Shown here in pieces: positions 21,352 through 31,595 of a stretch of 63,225 nucleotides of DNA. The DNA is from an uncultured virus (IMG/VR IMGVR_UViG_3300005530_000001) (Duplodnaviria > Heunggongvirae > Uroviricota > Caudoviricetes): IMG/VR virus record IMGVR_UViG_3300005530_000001, one strand, 5' to 3'. The notes beneath the pieces are model-generated. The model saw nothing but the letters and a program-made list of their open reading frames with translations. It did not search any database and was not told the DNA's origin. A program made the position numbers and the translations under genes. Within the stretch, counting starts at the first letter, position 1. Each line of letters opens with the position of its first letter.

Positions 21352-22196
21352 AGCGCGTCTGCATCGTGGGGCACGGGCGGATCGGGCGGGCGCTGGCCCT
21401 GGCCAAGCCGAAGCCGGACAGCGTGAGCGGGCGCGCGCTGGTGGGCGCGGCGGACCGCGACTTCCCGGGGCTCCTGGCCGACGCCGAGGTCGTGGTGCAC
21501 GCCGCCGGGCGCTCGGGCGAAGCCGTCGCGGTCAAGGACCCGGTCGGCGCGTTCGCGCTCCACTTCACCCTGACCGAGCGGCTCGTGCGCTGGACCCTAG
21601 CGCAGCCGTCCCGGCAACTGATCCTGATCGGGACGGTGGCGCCAGATGTGGGCTTCTACGGCCCGCTCAAGCGCGCGGTGGTGCGAACGGCACAGCGGAT
21701 GATGGCGGCGGGCGAGGCGACCGACGGGCAACTGTTCGTGGTCGAAGCCGGGCACGTGATCGGCGAGGGCATGAGCGTGCACGACTCGCCGGGCGTGGTG
21801 GCGCGCTTCATCGCGAGTGCGGTGACGGGCCAGCCGCTCGTGGTGCCGACCCAGCCGGTGACCATCCGCCTCACCCCGCTCGACTCTCTCGTCAAGGCCA
21901 TCATGAACCTGATCCACGTGCCGGACGTGCACCCCACCGTGGTGGCGCCCGTGTCGGAAGCCGAGCGCGTGGTCGACATCGCCAAGCGCGTGGCGACGCT
22001 GGTCGGCAGCATGCGCGACCAGGCCCCCGTGCCGCTGATCGCGGACGCCCGGATGAATCGGCCGTCCTACGCCGAGCCGCTGGGCGCCATCGTCCCCGTC
22101 CGCCCGCTGTCGGACACCCTCTTCCGCTGGCTGCACACCCTGGAAGTGAAGATGCTCTTCAAGGCGCCGAGTGGGCGCGTGCTGCGCGACGGATGA
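21348..22196 (+). CDS. Divergent NAD-dependent epimerase/reductase
   Basis: IVGHGRIG Rossmann motif, VVVHAAG, YGPLK (YxxxK). Confidence 0.7.
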   Translation: MKRVCIVGHGRIGRALALAKPKPDSVSGRALVGAADRDFPGLLADAEVVVHAAGRSGEAVAVKDPVGAFALHFTLTERLVRWTLAQPSRQLILIGTVAPDVGFYGPLKRAVVRTAQRMMAAGEATDGQLFVVEAGHVIGEGMSVHDSPGVVARFIASAVTGQPLVVPTQPVTIRLTPLDSLVKAIMNLIHVPDVHPTVVAPVSEAERVVDIAKRVATLVGSMRDQAPVPLIADARMNRPSYAEPLGAIVPVRPLSDTLFRWLHTLEVKMLFKAPSGRVLRDG

Positions 22197-22366
22197 CGGC
22201 CCGCGCACAGGTCACCGTGGGGCGCCTCGCCTGGAAGCTCGCGCGGGAACTGGCCAAGCTGGGGCTCGCGGTCGCGCTCGTGCTCGCGGCGCTCTTCGTC
22301 TGGTCCTATGGCGCCGGGGTCATCGTCCGCGTGATCCTGGCGGGCTGGCGGATGGCATGGCAGTGA
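22193..22366 (+). CDS. Small membrane protein
   Basis: Hydrophobic LGLAVALVLAALFVWSYG; ATGA coupling. Confidence 0.5.
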   Translation: MTARAQVTVGRLAWKLARELAKLGLAVALVLAALFVWSYGAGVIVRVILAGWRMAWQ

Positions 22367-22692
22367 CCCGCCGGGGGTTCCTCGCCCGCCTGGGGCTGGG
22401 CGCGCTGGCGCTCGGATGGACGCCCGCTGCCCGCGCCACGTCTGCTCCGGCCGTCCGCCCCCGCGTCGGGCCGGAGTCGGCGCCCGACGACGTCGCCGTT
22501 CCGATCTGCGCGGTGGTCCTGAGCGTGACGCCGTCGGTGGACAGCATCGGCCAGGCTCGCCATCTGGTCACGCTCTATCCCGGTCCCGGCCGGGGCTATC
22601 ACCACTTCTACTACATCTCCCGCGGGACGTTGCCCGCGGTCGGCGACCTCATGGTCTACCGCAACTACCGGTGGGAGCCGCTCGCGGCATGA
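22357..22692 (+). CDS. Protein with Tat-like signal peptide
   Basis: TRRGFLARLGLGALALG. Confidence 0.6.
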   Translation: MAVTRRGFLARLGLGALALGWTPAARATSAPAVRPRVGPESAPDDVAVPICAVVLSVTPSVDSIGQARHLVTLYPGPGRGYHHFYYISRGTLPAVGDLMVYRNYRWEPLAA

Positions 22693-23372
22693 AGGTCGCC
22701 ATCCACCAGCCGGAGTACTGGCCGATCCCGCGGCTGCTCGCGAAGTGGCGCGCCGCGGATCTGCTGATCCTCATGGACAACGCCCAGTTCGACCGCGAGA
22801 GCTTCCAGCACCGGGCGAAGATGCGCAAGGCCGCGGGCGGCGGGCGCGCCTTCGACTATCTCACGATCCCGTACCTGCACGTGGGCACGCCGCAGCAGAT
22901 CCGCGTGCTGGAGCCGAGCGAGCCGGGCTGGGCGGACAAGCACTGGCAGCAGGTCAAGAACTGGTACCGCGGCTGCGATGACGCGCGCCTGCGCGAGGTG
23001 AGCTACTGGTTTCGGCGCGTGGCCAGCCAGGACGACAGCATCGGCAACTACGCTTGGGCCTCGATGGCCTGGCTCGCCGGGATGATCCACCTCGATACGC
23101 CGATCGTGCCCGCGAGCGCGCTGGTCGCCCCGCCTGACGGCTGGGGCTCGCGCGGCGCGTGGGTCCTGCGCCTTTGCCAAGCGGTGCGCGCGAAGACCTA
23201 CCTCTCGGGCCGGAGCGGGGCCCAGTACCTCGACTTCCATGCCTTCGAGCGCAGCGGCATCGCCGTCGAAGTGCAGGCTTACAGCCAGGACCGCGAAGAC
23301 CTCTCCGGCCTGCACGAGTACCTCACCGAGGGCCCGGAGCACCTGGCCTACATGACGCGGCGGCAGCCATGA
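22689..23372 (+). CDS. WbqC-family protein
   Basis: MKVAIHQPEY...ADLLILMDNAQF...LTIP...YLSGRSGAQYLD. Confidence 0.9.
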   Translation: MKVAIHQPEYWPIPRLLAKWRAADLLILMDNAQFDRESFQHRAKMRKAAGGGRAFDYLTIPYLHVGTPQQIRVLEPSEPGWADKHWQQVKNWYRGCDDARLREVSYWFRRVASQDDSIGNYAWASMAWLAGMIHLDTPIVPASALVAPPDGWGSRGAWVLRLCQAVRAKTYLSGRSGAQYLDFHAFERSGIAVEVQAYSQDREDLSGLHEYLTEGPEHLAYMTRRQP

Positions 23373-24031
23373 CCACCCTGATCATCGCGGCCCACCCCGA
23401 CGACGAAGTGCTGGGCGCCGGAGGCTACATGGCCAAGCACGCGGGCTGCCGGGTGGCCATCGTCACCGAGGGCACGACGGGGCGCGACGTGCCCCATCAG
23501 GAGGCACTCGCCGCCATCCACGCCAAGCGCGAGGCCACGCGCGCGGCCCTGGAGATCCTGGGGGCGCGGCTGGTCTTCGAGGGCGACTTCCTCGACCAGG
23601 GGCTGACCATCACGGACAAGGGGCTGCACCGGGAGATCACGCATCTGCTCATCGAACACCGGCCGGACGTGGTCCTCACGCATCACCCCCACGAGCAGAA
23701 CGCGGATCATCGGGTCATCGCGGAAGCGGTCGGCGTCGCCTGTCGGGCGTTCCTGCCCCAGGCCCGCCAGATCCAGCGGGTCCTCAGCTTCATCGTGGAT
23801 AGCTGGGCCGTGCCGGGGCAGGCCTCCCCGCCTGCGCACACCGTTCTCGTGTCCCTGACCGAGGTCCAACTCCAGCGGAAGCTCGATGCGCTCCGCTGCT
23901 ACAAGGAGGAACTGCGCCCGTGGCCGCATCCAAGGAACGACGAGGCCATCCTGCATCACGCGAAGTGGCTGGGAGCCCTGAGCGGGACCGACGCGGCGGA
24001 AGCGTACACGCTGCTGTGGGGGCGGATGTGA
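23369..24031 (+). CDS. PIG-L/LmbE-family deacetylase
   Basis: AHPDDEVLG, VLTHHPHEQNADH, KLDALRCY...PHPR...AEAY. Confidence 0.9.
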   Translation: MTTLIIAAHPDDEVLGAGGYMAKHAGCRVAIVTEGTTGRDVPHQEALAAIHAKREATRAALEILGARLVFEGDFLDQGLTITDKGLHREITHLLIEHRPDVVLTHHPHEQNADHRVIAEAVGVACRAFLPQARQIQRVLSFIVDSWAVPGQASPPAHTVLVSLTEVQLQRKLDALRCYKEELRPWPHPRNDEAILHHAKWLGALSGTDAAEAYTLLWGRM

Positions 24032-24199
24032 GCGCCTGCCCGCACCACGCCCTCCGCGCCGTCACGCCAGACGAGGAGCCCGACTTCCAGGAGCGGACGC
24101 GGCGGCCGTTCACCTGCGACGACTGCAACGTGCCCGGCCTGCCCCCGTCCCGCTTCACCCATATCCAGGTCACCAACCTCTTCGTGAAGGAGCGCCGCG

Positions 24200-25405
24200 A
24201 TGCCGCGACCGCCTGAGATGATTCCCTTCCATCGCCCCCACATCACCGGCCCCGACATCGACGGCGTGCGGACCGTCCTCAAGTCCGGCTGGCTGACGAC
24301 GGGCAAGGTGGCCGAGGAGTTCGAGGGCGCCTTCGCCCAGGCCGTCGGCGGCGGCGTCTCGGCGATCGCCGTCTCGTCCTGCACGGCGGCCCTGCACCTC
24401 GCCCTCGAACTGCTCAGCCTGCCGCCCGGAGCGGAAGTGATCGTGCCCACCATGACCTTCACCGCGACCGCGGAGGCGGTGCTGCGGGCCGGGCTCACCC
24501 CGGTGATCGCCGACATCGATCCGCTCACCCTCATGCTCACCCCCGAGACGGCGGGGCCGAAGTGCCGGGCCAAGACGGCGGCGCTCCTGCCCGTGCACTA
24601 CGGCGGCAATCCGACCGGCTTTCTCACGCTGCTGGAGTTCGCCCGCGCCCACAAGTTCCGGGTGGTGGACGACGCCGCCCATGCCTTCCCGGCCCACGTC
24701 ACGCCGCCCGGGGGCCCGCCGCGGCCGATCGGCTCGCAGGGGCTCAGCGACGCGACGGCGTTCAGCTTCTATGCGACCAAGACCATCACCACGGCCGAGG
24801 GCGGGATGCTGACGTTCTCGAAGAACGCGGCCCTGGAGGCGCGGGCCCGGCGGCTCACGCTGCACGGTATCGACGCCGACGCCTTTCAGCGCAGCCGTCA
24901 GGCCGTCTACCACTACGAGGTCACCGAGCGCGGCTACAAGTACAACCTGCCGGATCTGCTGGCCGCGCTGGGCCGGAGCCAGACCGCCAAGGCCGAGTTG
25001 CTCCGCAACCTGCGCGCGACGACGGCGCGGGCCTACCTGGAGTCGCTGCGCCCGCTGGCGGCGCGCGAGTGGCTGACGCTGCCCACGATCCCGATCGACG
25101 CGGAGCCCGCCTGGCACCTGTTCCCGATCCGCCTGAACATCGAGCGCTTCGGCGCGCGCTGGGACCGGGACGCCATCGGGGCGGCGCTCAAGCAGCGCGG
25201 GATCGGGACGTCGATGCACTACCGCCCGCTGCACCGGCATACCTATTGGTCCAAGGAACTGGGGCTCGGCACCGAGAAGTTCCCGGTGGCCGACGCCGCC
25301 TACGCCGAACTGCTCTCGCTGCCGATCTGGCCGGGCATGCAGGCCAAGCACATCCAGCGGGTGGAGGCGGCGCTCTACGACGTGCTGCTGGAGGCCGGAC
25401 GGTGA
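24200..25405 (+). CDS. DegT/DnrJ/EryC1/StrS PLP-dependent sugar aminotransferase
   Basis: SGWLTTG, VSSCTAALHL, PVHYGG, DDAAHA, FSFYATKTITTAEGG, GYKYNL. Confidence 0.95.
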   Translation: MPRPPEMIPFHRPHITGPDIDGVRTVLKSGWLTTGKVAEEFEGAFAQAVGGGVSAIAVSSCTAALHLALELLSLPPGAEVIVPTMTFTATAEAVLRAGLTPVIADIDPLTLMLTPETAGPKCRAKTAALLPVHYGGNPTGFLTLLEFARAHKFRVVDDAAHAFPAHVTPPGGPPRPIGSQGLSDATAFSFYATKTITTAEGGMLTFSKNAALEARARRLTLHGIDADAFQRSRQAVYHYEVTERGYKYNLPDLLAALGRSQTAKAELLRNLRATTARAYLESLRPLAAREWLTLPTIPIDAEPAWHLFPIRLNIERFGARWDRDAIGAALKQRGIGTSMHYRPLHRHTYWSKELGLGTEKFPVADAAYAELLSLPIWPGMQAKHIQRVEAALYDVLLEAGR

Positions 25406-25902
25406 GCGACGACACCTACGCCATCCCGCTGGGCCTGGAGGTCAAGGCCGAGCCGTTCTGGCGGCCCTTCGCCCGCCGCTGGCAGCAGCGGGCCGCCCGC
25501 CGCCATCTCGACTGCGTCCGGCGCCACCAGCGGGTGCTGGAGCAGATGCTGGGCCTACACCGCGATCTGCACCGCATCCGGCTCTCCCACCACGAAGTGG
25601 AGGTGGCCTTGGAGCGCGTCCGGAACTGGAATACGAGCCTCCTGCGGGACAAAGACGCCGACCAGCGAGCGGTGGCCGAGGCCCGGGCGCTCCTCGACGT
25701 CCTGCGCCAGCGCCTGGACGAGGCGGCCAGCGCCTTCGCCCGCAGCCAGGGGGAGGTCCAGCGCCTCTCAAATACGTTGGAGGCAACCGAGGCCTCACGC
25801 GATGATCTGGAGAACGACCTGAAGGCGGCGCTCGATCGCGAGCAGGCCCTCGTCGTCCAGATCAAGGACCTCCGCGCGCAGATGCGGGCCCGACGGCGGT
25901 GA
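25402..25902 (+). CDS. Coiled-coil hypothetical protein
   Basis: Heptad-rich C-terminal half; GTGA coupling. Confidence 0.6.
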   Translation: MSDDTYAIPLGLEVKAEPFWRPFARRWQQRAARRHLDCVRRHQRVLEQMLGLHRDLHRIRLSHHEVEVALERVRNWNTSLLRDKDADQRAVAEARALLDVLRQRLDEAASAFARSQGEVQRLSNTLEATEASRDDLENDLKAALDREQALVVQIKDLRAQMRARRR

Positions 25903-26056
25903 GGGACAAGGAGCCGAAGACGAAGAAAAGTAGCGAGCACGGGCTGTTCTGCCAGTGCATCGTCCACCGGGCCCGGGCCCAGGGGCCGCCCCCGCCGCGG
26001 ACCGGCCCACCCCCACGCGCCCGGCAGGAGCGGGCACGGCTGCCTCGGCGCGGCCG

Positions 26057-26419
26057 ATGACTCTGCCGCCCTTTCCGTGGCAGGTGCTCCAGGACCCCAC
26101 GAGTCCGCGGTGGTACCTGGTGGACGCGAACCGGCAGGCCGTAGTCGATGCACCATTCGCCACCCGCGAGGTGGCCGAGATGCTCTGCACGCTGGCCAAC
26201 GCGGCGCACGCCGACGCGGGCGGGCTCAAGGTGCTCGACTTCAGCATCGGTCAGGCCCTCATGCTCGCGATGGGGCAGTGGTCCGAAGCGCAGGGCATCG
26301 TGGGGACGGAGGAGACGGTCACGTTCCCAGCCGAGGCATGGCGGGATCTGCAGGCGCGGCTCGACGTCGCCGTCCGCACCGCGGTGCACGCGTGGCTGAA
26401 CGACCACCTCGGCGCATGA
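26057..26419 (+). CDS. Hypothetical protein
   Basis: Coupled to the downstream glycosyltransferase. Confidence 0.55.
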   Translation: MTLPPFPWQVLQDPTSPRWYLVDANRQAVVDAPFATREVAEMLCTLANAAHADAGGLKVLDFSIGQALMLAMGQWSEAQGIVGTEETVTFPAEAWRDLQARLDVAVRTAVHAWLNDHLGA

Positions 26420-27237
26420 TCCCCTACACGCTCATCATCCCGTCCGCGTCCCGCCCGCACCTGCTGGAGAAGGTGCTGACGAGCTTCTTTCGTCATGCCG
26501 ATCAGCGGCCCGTCAAGCTCCTGCTCCACGACGACGCCGTCTTCCCGAACAAGCGCGGCCTGGTCGAGGCGGCCCTGCTCTTCGCGGTCCCGGCCGAGGT
26601 TCCCGTCGTCTGGCAGTACGACAGCCCGCCGATCAAGCACGGCCCGGCGCTGCACTGGCTGCTCGACCGGGTGGACACGGAGTATTGCCTCTACACCCAG
26701 GACGACCACGAGATCGTCCGGGATCTGCCGATCGCCGAGGCGCTGGGCCTGCTCGACCGCTACGGCCTCAACCAGATCCGCTTCAACAAGCGCGACACGC
26801 TCGACAAGAAAGGCCGCGAGGGCGAGGAGTTCCACAAGGTCGAGCACACCTTCAACCTGGGCGCGCATACCCTCTGTGCCGCCGACCACTGGTACTTCCA
26901 GTGCGGGGTCTGGCGGGTGGCGGCGATCAAGCCCGTCGTGGACTGGTGGATGTCGCCCGCGGGGTCCGCGCAGGGCGCCTTCGGCGAACACTGCGAGGTC
27001 AAGATCAACCAGGTCATGAACGGGCAGTGGAACCACGTGATCCCGAAGCTCGGGCCGCACGTCCCCTGGATTGACCTGCCGGAGGTGTGGAACCAGCCCG
27101 AGATCCGCGCGCGCATCCACAAGACCTTCATCTGGGGCAAGATCGGCGAGCCGCGGTTTGTGGAGCACATCGGCCATCTCCCCGAGGACTGGGCGCTGGA
27201 GCGGGCCAACCGCGACCCCCAGCAGCGGCAGGTCTGA
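26416..27237 (+). CDS. GT-A glycosyltransferase-like (paralog of 35236-36129)
   Basis: SASRPHLL, HDD, YTQDDH, QIRFNKR, ADHWYFQ, EHIG. Confidence 0.75.
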   Translation: MIPYTLIIPSASRPHLLEKVLTSFFRHADQRPVKLLLHDDAVFPNKRGLVEAALLFAVPAEVPVVWQYDSPPIKHGPALHWLLDRVDTEYCLYTQDDHEIVRDLPIAEALGLLDRYGLNQIRFNKRDTLDKKGREGEEFHKVEHTFNLGAHTLCAADHWYFQCGVWRVAAIKPVVDWWMSPAGSAQGAFGEHCEVKINQVMNGQWNHVIPKLGPHVPWIDLPEVWNQPEIRARIHKTFIWGKIGEPRFVEHIGHLPEDWALERANRDPQQRQV

Positions 27238-27814
27238 TGATCACCCAGGAGTCGCGCTACGGCTGGCTGGAGCACGCCGAGCGCGCGGGCGGCGCGCACG
27301 TGGCCGTCCCGATCGAGGACTACCGCGAGACGCTCGACCGGCTCGACACGCTGGAGGCCTTCGAGGACTTCGGACCGACCAAGCCCTGGTGGCGATACGT
27401 GGAGGCGCTCGTGCTCATCGCGCTGGCGGCGGGCATCGGGTATGGGCTCATGCACACCTTCTGCACGGGAGGCGGATCGTGACCATCAACGAAGCGCGCG
27501 GCCGGGTGACGATGCTGGCGGAGTGCTTTCTGGTGGAGGGCGTGCAGCCGTCGGTCGATCTCCTCACTGTGGCCCTCGCGCAACTGGCCCGGCGCATGGA
27601 GGAGATGGACGGCGCGCTGGCCCAGCGGCTCAACGCGCTGCAGATGGAGATGCAGCAGCAACTCGACGCGATCACGGCGGCGCAGGCCGCCTTGCTTCAT
27701 CGGTTCGAGGTTCTGGCCGAACGCGAACGGCGCGAGCATCAGCCAGTTTCCGGGCGCGTGCGCTTCACGCCCGGGCAAGCGGTGAGGGGCTCCGTGTCCT
27801 TCATCGAATCGTAA
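27237..27814 (+). CDS. Two ORFs (27237-27482 membrane; 27479-27814 coiled coil)
   Basis: Transmembrane segment; heptads; coupling. Confidence 0.55.
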
Positions 27815-27836
27815 CTCTCACAGGAGGACACCAACG

Positions 27837-28172
27837 ATGGGATTCCCGATCAAGGACAACAGCGCGGGCAAGAAGGTCCACATCGACTGGCTGGACGCGG
27901 ATGGTAACCCCGCGGACCTGACCGGCTGCAGCGTCGCGTGGGCCGTCTCCAACCCGGCGGTAGGATCGGTGGCGCCGGATGCGGCCACCCCCCTGACCGA
28001 CGGCGTCTTCGTGCTCAGCGACGGGCCGACCCCCCTGGGCGATGTCTCGCTCTCCGCGGTGCTGACCAAGCCGGACGGCAGCACGGTGGCGACCGATCCC
28101 GCGAGCGGCGTGGCGACGATCGTGGCCGCGGACGCGGTCACGGGTACGGTCTCCTTCCCGCCCGAGCCCTAG
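27837..28172 (+). CDS. Small Ig-like beta protein (possible virion accessory)
   Basis: AGGAGG RBS; DADGNPA...VAWAVSNPAVGSV pattern. Confidence 0.6.
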   Translation: MGFPIKDNSAGKKVHIDWLDADGNPADLTGCSVAWAVSNPAVGSVAPDAATPLTDGVFVLSDGPTPLGDVSLSAVLTKPDGSTVATDPASGVATIVAADAVTGTVSFPPEP

Positions 28173-28299
28173 CGGTTCCGATGCGGTCTCCGAGGGAGGT
28201 GATGTCACGATCGGTCACGCATAATCGCTCTCCGCATGGCGCGATCCGGCTGGCGCTCCCAGTCCCCCTGGGGCGCCAGCCGTCAATTCTGGAGGCCGC

Positions 28300-29148
28300 A
28301 TGAGGATCAAGGGCTTCGGGCGTCGCCGTGACATCGCCGACATCCGGGACTATCCGACCTCGTCACCCAAGCTCCCCGCGGGCTTCACCCAGCAGATGCT
28401 CCAGCCGCTGGTGGACGCGGGCGTCGACCGTATCGAGGTCGACATGCGCGAGCACGTGGCGCGCATCGTGGACCAGGGCGACCTCGGTGCCTGCACCGGG
28501 CACGGGGGCATCGGGCTGCACGAGTTCCTCGACAAGAAGATCAACGGCCGCTTCACGCCGCTGAGCCGCCTCTTTCTCTACAAGGCGACGCGGAACTTCA
28601 TGGGCGTCACGGGCGACACGGGCGCCGAGATCCGCAACATGATGGGCGCCCTCACGCTCTTCGGCTGCCCGCCCGAGGAGTATTACCCCTACGACATCCG
28701 CGCCTTCGATCGCGAGCCGACGGCCTTTCACTACCAGTTGGCGCAGAGCTTCCAGGGGCTGCAGTACGCGCGCCTGGATCTGCACGACATGCGGGGCGAC
28801 GACATCGTGGAGGCCTGCCGCGGGAGTTTGCTGCGCGGCTGGCCCTTCGTCTTCGGGTTCACGTGCTACGACTCGCTGGACGACGCGGCCGACGGTGACA
28901 TCCCCTGGCCCGCGCCGACCGAGCGCGTGACGGGCGGCCACTGCATCTACGCGGTGGGCTTCGCGGATGGCTACGACAAGTGCCCGCGGGCGACGCCGGG
29001 CGCCTTCCTGATCGCCAACTCCTGGGGCAAGACCTGGGGTGCGGGCGGCTTCGGCTGGCTGCCCTTCGACTACTTCCGCCGCGGGCTGGCGCAAGACTGC
29101 TGGATTCTCACCAAGGCGGCCTGGGTCGACGTCGAGGCCTTCAAGTGA
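28300..29148 (+). CDS. Papain-like cysteine peptidase (C1 family)
   Basis: DQGDLGACTG (Gln/Cys), GGHCI (His), ANSWG (Asn). Confidence 0.92.
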   Translation: MRIKGFGRRRDIADIRDYPTSSPKLPAGFTQQMLQPLVDAGVDRIEVDMREHVARIVDQGDLGACTGHGGIGLHEFLDKKINGRFTPLSRLFLYKATRNFMGVTGDTGAEIRNMMGALTLFGCPPEEYYPYDIRAFDREPTAFHYQLAQSFQGLQYARLDLHDMRGDDIVEACRGSLLRGWPFVFGFTCYDSLDDAADGDIPWPAPTERVTGGHCIYAVGFADGYDKCPRATPGAFLIANSWGKTWGAGGFGWLPFDYFRRGLAQDCWILTKAAWVDVEAFK

Positions 29149-29222
29149 GCTTCCAGAATGGGCGGATCACGGTGTCCGGCCTCAGCCACTCCGGCGCCTA
29201 CACCCTGAAAGGGACCGGCCAC

Positions 29223-29474
29223 ATGGCCAAACGCGCCCGCGTGCCCCGCCGCACGATTCTCACCGTCCGCTGGGACCGGACCCGCCACGCCTGGCACTGC
29301 CGGGAGGCGGGCTGGGAGGCCGAGATCAAGGTCTATCTGATCCGGAAGGCCGCCGCGTTCATGCGCGACCTCTGGAAGGACCGCACGCCCGGCCAGTTGC
29401 GGGTGTACGGCAAGAACGGCCGCATTCAGTTCGAGCGGACCTACGGCCGCGATCCGAAACGGTATCCGAGCTAA
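29223..29474 (+). CDS. DUF2188-like protein
   Basis: GQLRVYGKNGRIQFERTYGRDP. Confidence 0.65.
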   Translation: MAKRARVPRRTILTVRWDRTRHAWHCREAGWEAEIKVYLIRKAAAFMRDLWKDRTPGQLRVYGKNGRIQFERTYGRDPKRYPS

Positions 29475-29486
29475 CGGAGGAGACGC

Positions 29487-31595
29487 ATGGCCACGCTCCT
29501 GAACGCCCCCCGCCTGCTCCAGCGGACGCCGAGCCCCGAGGCCACGCTCCCCTCAGGCGGGCGGGTCGTCGCCGTGCACGCGACCGATGACTTGCAGGCG
29601 GCGCTGAATACGGTTCGGCAGGACGACATCTTTGTGCTGGACGATGGCCAGGCCTGGAAGGGGAATTTCAAGCTGCCGCCGCACCCCGGCATGGCCTATC
29701 TCATGTCGCGCGCGGCCTACGACGGACGCCTGCCGCGGGCCCGCGTGATCCCCGGGATGGAGGCCCTCCTCGCGCGGCTGGTGACGCCCAACAGCGGGGC
29801 GGCGCTCTCGGCCGAGGATGGCGCCCCGGGCTGGCAGATCGTCGGACTGGAGTGCGTGATCGACCCGGCCTACACCGGAGTCAACTACAACATCGTCTCC
29901 TTCGGGTGGGGGCACGCCGCGAACGGCTCGGGCCAGCACGCGCCCGGCGAAGTGGGGGCGGCCCACTACTTCCTGGACCGCTGCTTCATCCATCACGGGG
30001 CGCCCGATCCGAGCCGCGACCTCGTGACCCGCGGCGTCATGTGCGACGCCGAGGACGTGACGATCCGCTGGTGCCGGATCACCGACATCCAGCACACGGG
30101 CCAGGACGCCCAAGGGGTCTGGGGCTCGAACGGCAAGGGCAACATCCGGATCGAGGACTGCTTCATCGCGGCCACGGGGCAGTGCGTGTTCTTCGGGGGC
30201 GGCATCGCGCAGGGGGAAGAGTACGTGCCCGCGGACATCACGGTCGAGCGGAACTACCTGACGAAGCTACCGCGGTGGAACGCGGCCCGCTCGGAGTGGG
30301 ACGGCAAGAACTGGGTGGTGAAGCCCACGCTCGAACTGAAGATGGGCCGCCGCGTGCGCATCGTCGGCAACACGTTCGACAGCAGCTTCCGGTGGCCCGC
30401 GCTCGTCCTCGATGCGTTCGACCAGTACCCGCCGTGGAACTCGGGCGACAGCCCCCAGCATCTGGCCACCGCGGAGATCACCGACGTGGAGGCCGCCCAC
30501 AACACCATCCTCGGCGATGCGATGGGCGGAGTGCAGATCTGGGCGGCGATGAACCAGGGGTTCGGCGCGCCGGTCAAGCGCGTGCGGATCTGGAATAACC
30601 TCGCGCTGGGGGTGAAGTACGTCACGCCCGGGTCCGCCGGACCCTCCTACGTGCGCGGCGCCTTCGTCCTGCTCCTGCCCGAGACCACGATGGAGGACAT
30701 CTGGATCGAGCAGAACACCTGCGTCTGTGATCGCGGAGCGGGGACCATCACGCTCGGCGGCACGCAGATCCAGCGCCTGCGTCTGGCCAAGAACATCCTG
30801 GGCTACGGCCACGGCGGGTTCTCGGTCGAGGGGTACTGGACCACGGAGGACTGGGCCCTGCTCATGAAGGTGGTGGGTCTGGAGGTCGAGCAGAACGCGC
30901 TCGTGGACTTCGGCGATGCCGTCGGTGGCGCCCGCAGCCCCTCCTACACGCAGGAGTCGTTCAGCCCGCCCCACAGCGCCGCCGGGGAGTGGATCATCGC
31001 GGGCCTGCCTGCGGTGGCCAAGATCGATCCCGCCACGGGGCGGCTCGCGGTGGGCAGCCCCCTCACGGGGCTCGGGGTTGACTTCGCCGCGCTCACCGCG
31101 GCGCAGAGCGCGCCTGCTCCCACGCCCACGCCCACCCCGACTCCGACCCCGCCACCCCAGGAGGTCCACATGCACGGCAACTTCGACAAGTTCCTCCCGA
31201 ACCAGCCCGAGGTCGCCTACGGCTGGGCCTTCGATGAGGCGGCCCTCGCCACGCGCGTGGCCGTGGCCCTGAGCATTGACGGGGGCGCACCCATCGCGGT
31301 GGTCGCCGACCAGCCGCGCAACGACGTCAAGACCGCCTTCGCGGCTCAGTTCCCCGCGCTCGACGCCAACCACGGTTTCTTCTTCACGATCCCGGCCGCC
31401 TACCGCGATGGCCGGGCCCATACGCTCGTCTGCACGATCCCGGGTCTGCCCGCGTTCGCGCCCGTCTCCTTCACGCTGGCCGCCCCGACCCCGGCTCCGA
31501 CTCCGACCCCGACGCCGACGCCCGTGGCGCCGCTGACCGACGCGGAGATCCGCAAGCTCCGGGCCTTCGCGGCGTCGCTGAAGGACGTCGTGTGA
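29487..31595 (+). CDS. Parallel beta-helix (pectin-lyase-like) protein with Pro-Thr linkers and C-terminal Ig-like domain
   Basis: DLQAALN...DIFVL start; repeated DVTIRWC/NIRIEDC/DITVERN/RVRIVGN rungs; two (PT)n linkers. Confidence 0.8.
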   Translation: MATLLNAPRLLQRTPSPEATLPSGGRVVAVHATDDLQAALNTVRQDDIFVLDDGQAWKGNFKLPPHPGMAYLMSRAAYDGRLPRARVIPGMEALLARLVTPNSGAALSAEDGAPGWQIVGLECVIDPAYTGVNYNIVSFGWGHAANGSGQHAPGEVGAAHYFLDRCFIHHGAPDPSRDLVTRGVMCDAEDVTIRWCRITDIQHTGQDAQGVWGSNGKGNIRIEDCFIAATGQCVFFGGGIAQGEEYVPADITVERNYLTKLPRWNAARSEWDGKNWVVKPTLELKMGRRVRIVGNTFDSSFRWPALVLDAFDQYPPWNSGDSPQHLATAEITDVEAAHNTILGDAMGGVQIWAAMNQGFGAPVKRVRIWNNLALGVKYVTPGSAGPSYVRGAFVLLLPETTMEDIWIEQNTCVCDRGAGTITLGGTQIQRLRLAKNILGYGHGGFSVEGYWTTEDWALLMKVVGLEVEQNALVDFGDAVGGARSPSYTQESFSPPHSAAGEWIIAGLPAVAKIDPATGRLAVGSPLTGLGVDFAALTAAQSAPAPTPTPTPTPTPPPQEVHMHGNFDKFLPNQPEVAYGWAFDEAALATRVAVALSIDGGAPIAVVADQPRNDVKTAFAAQFPALDANHGFFFTIPAAYRDGRAHTLVCTIPGLPAFAPVSFTLAAPTPAPTPTPTPTPVAPLTDAEIRKLRAFAASLKDVV

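Noticed and set aside
18658..25405. Host O-antigen/capsule locus marking a prophage boundary
   Set aside because: Genes are interleaved and translationally coupled with small phage-type ORFs; no wzx/wzy/ABC export genes; the same organisation continues into terS
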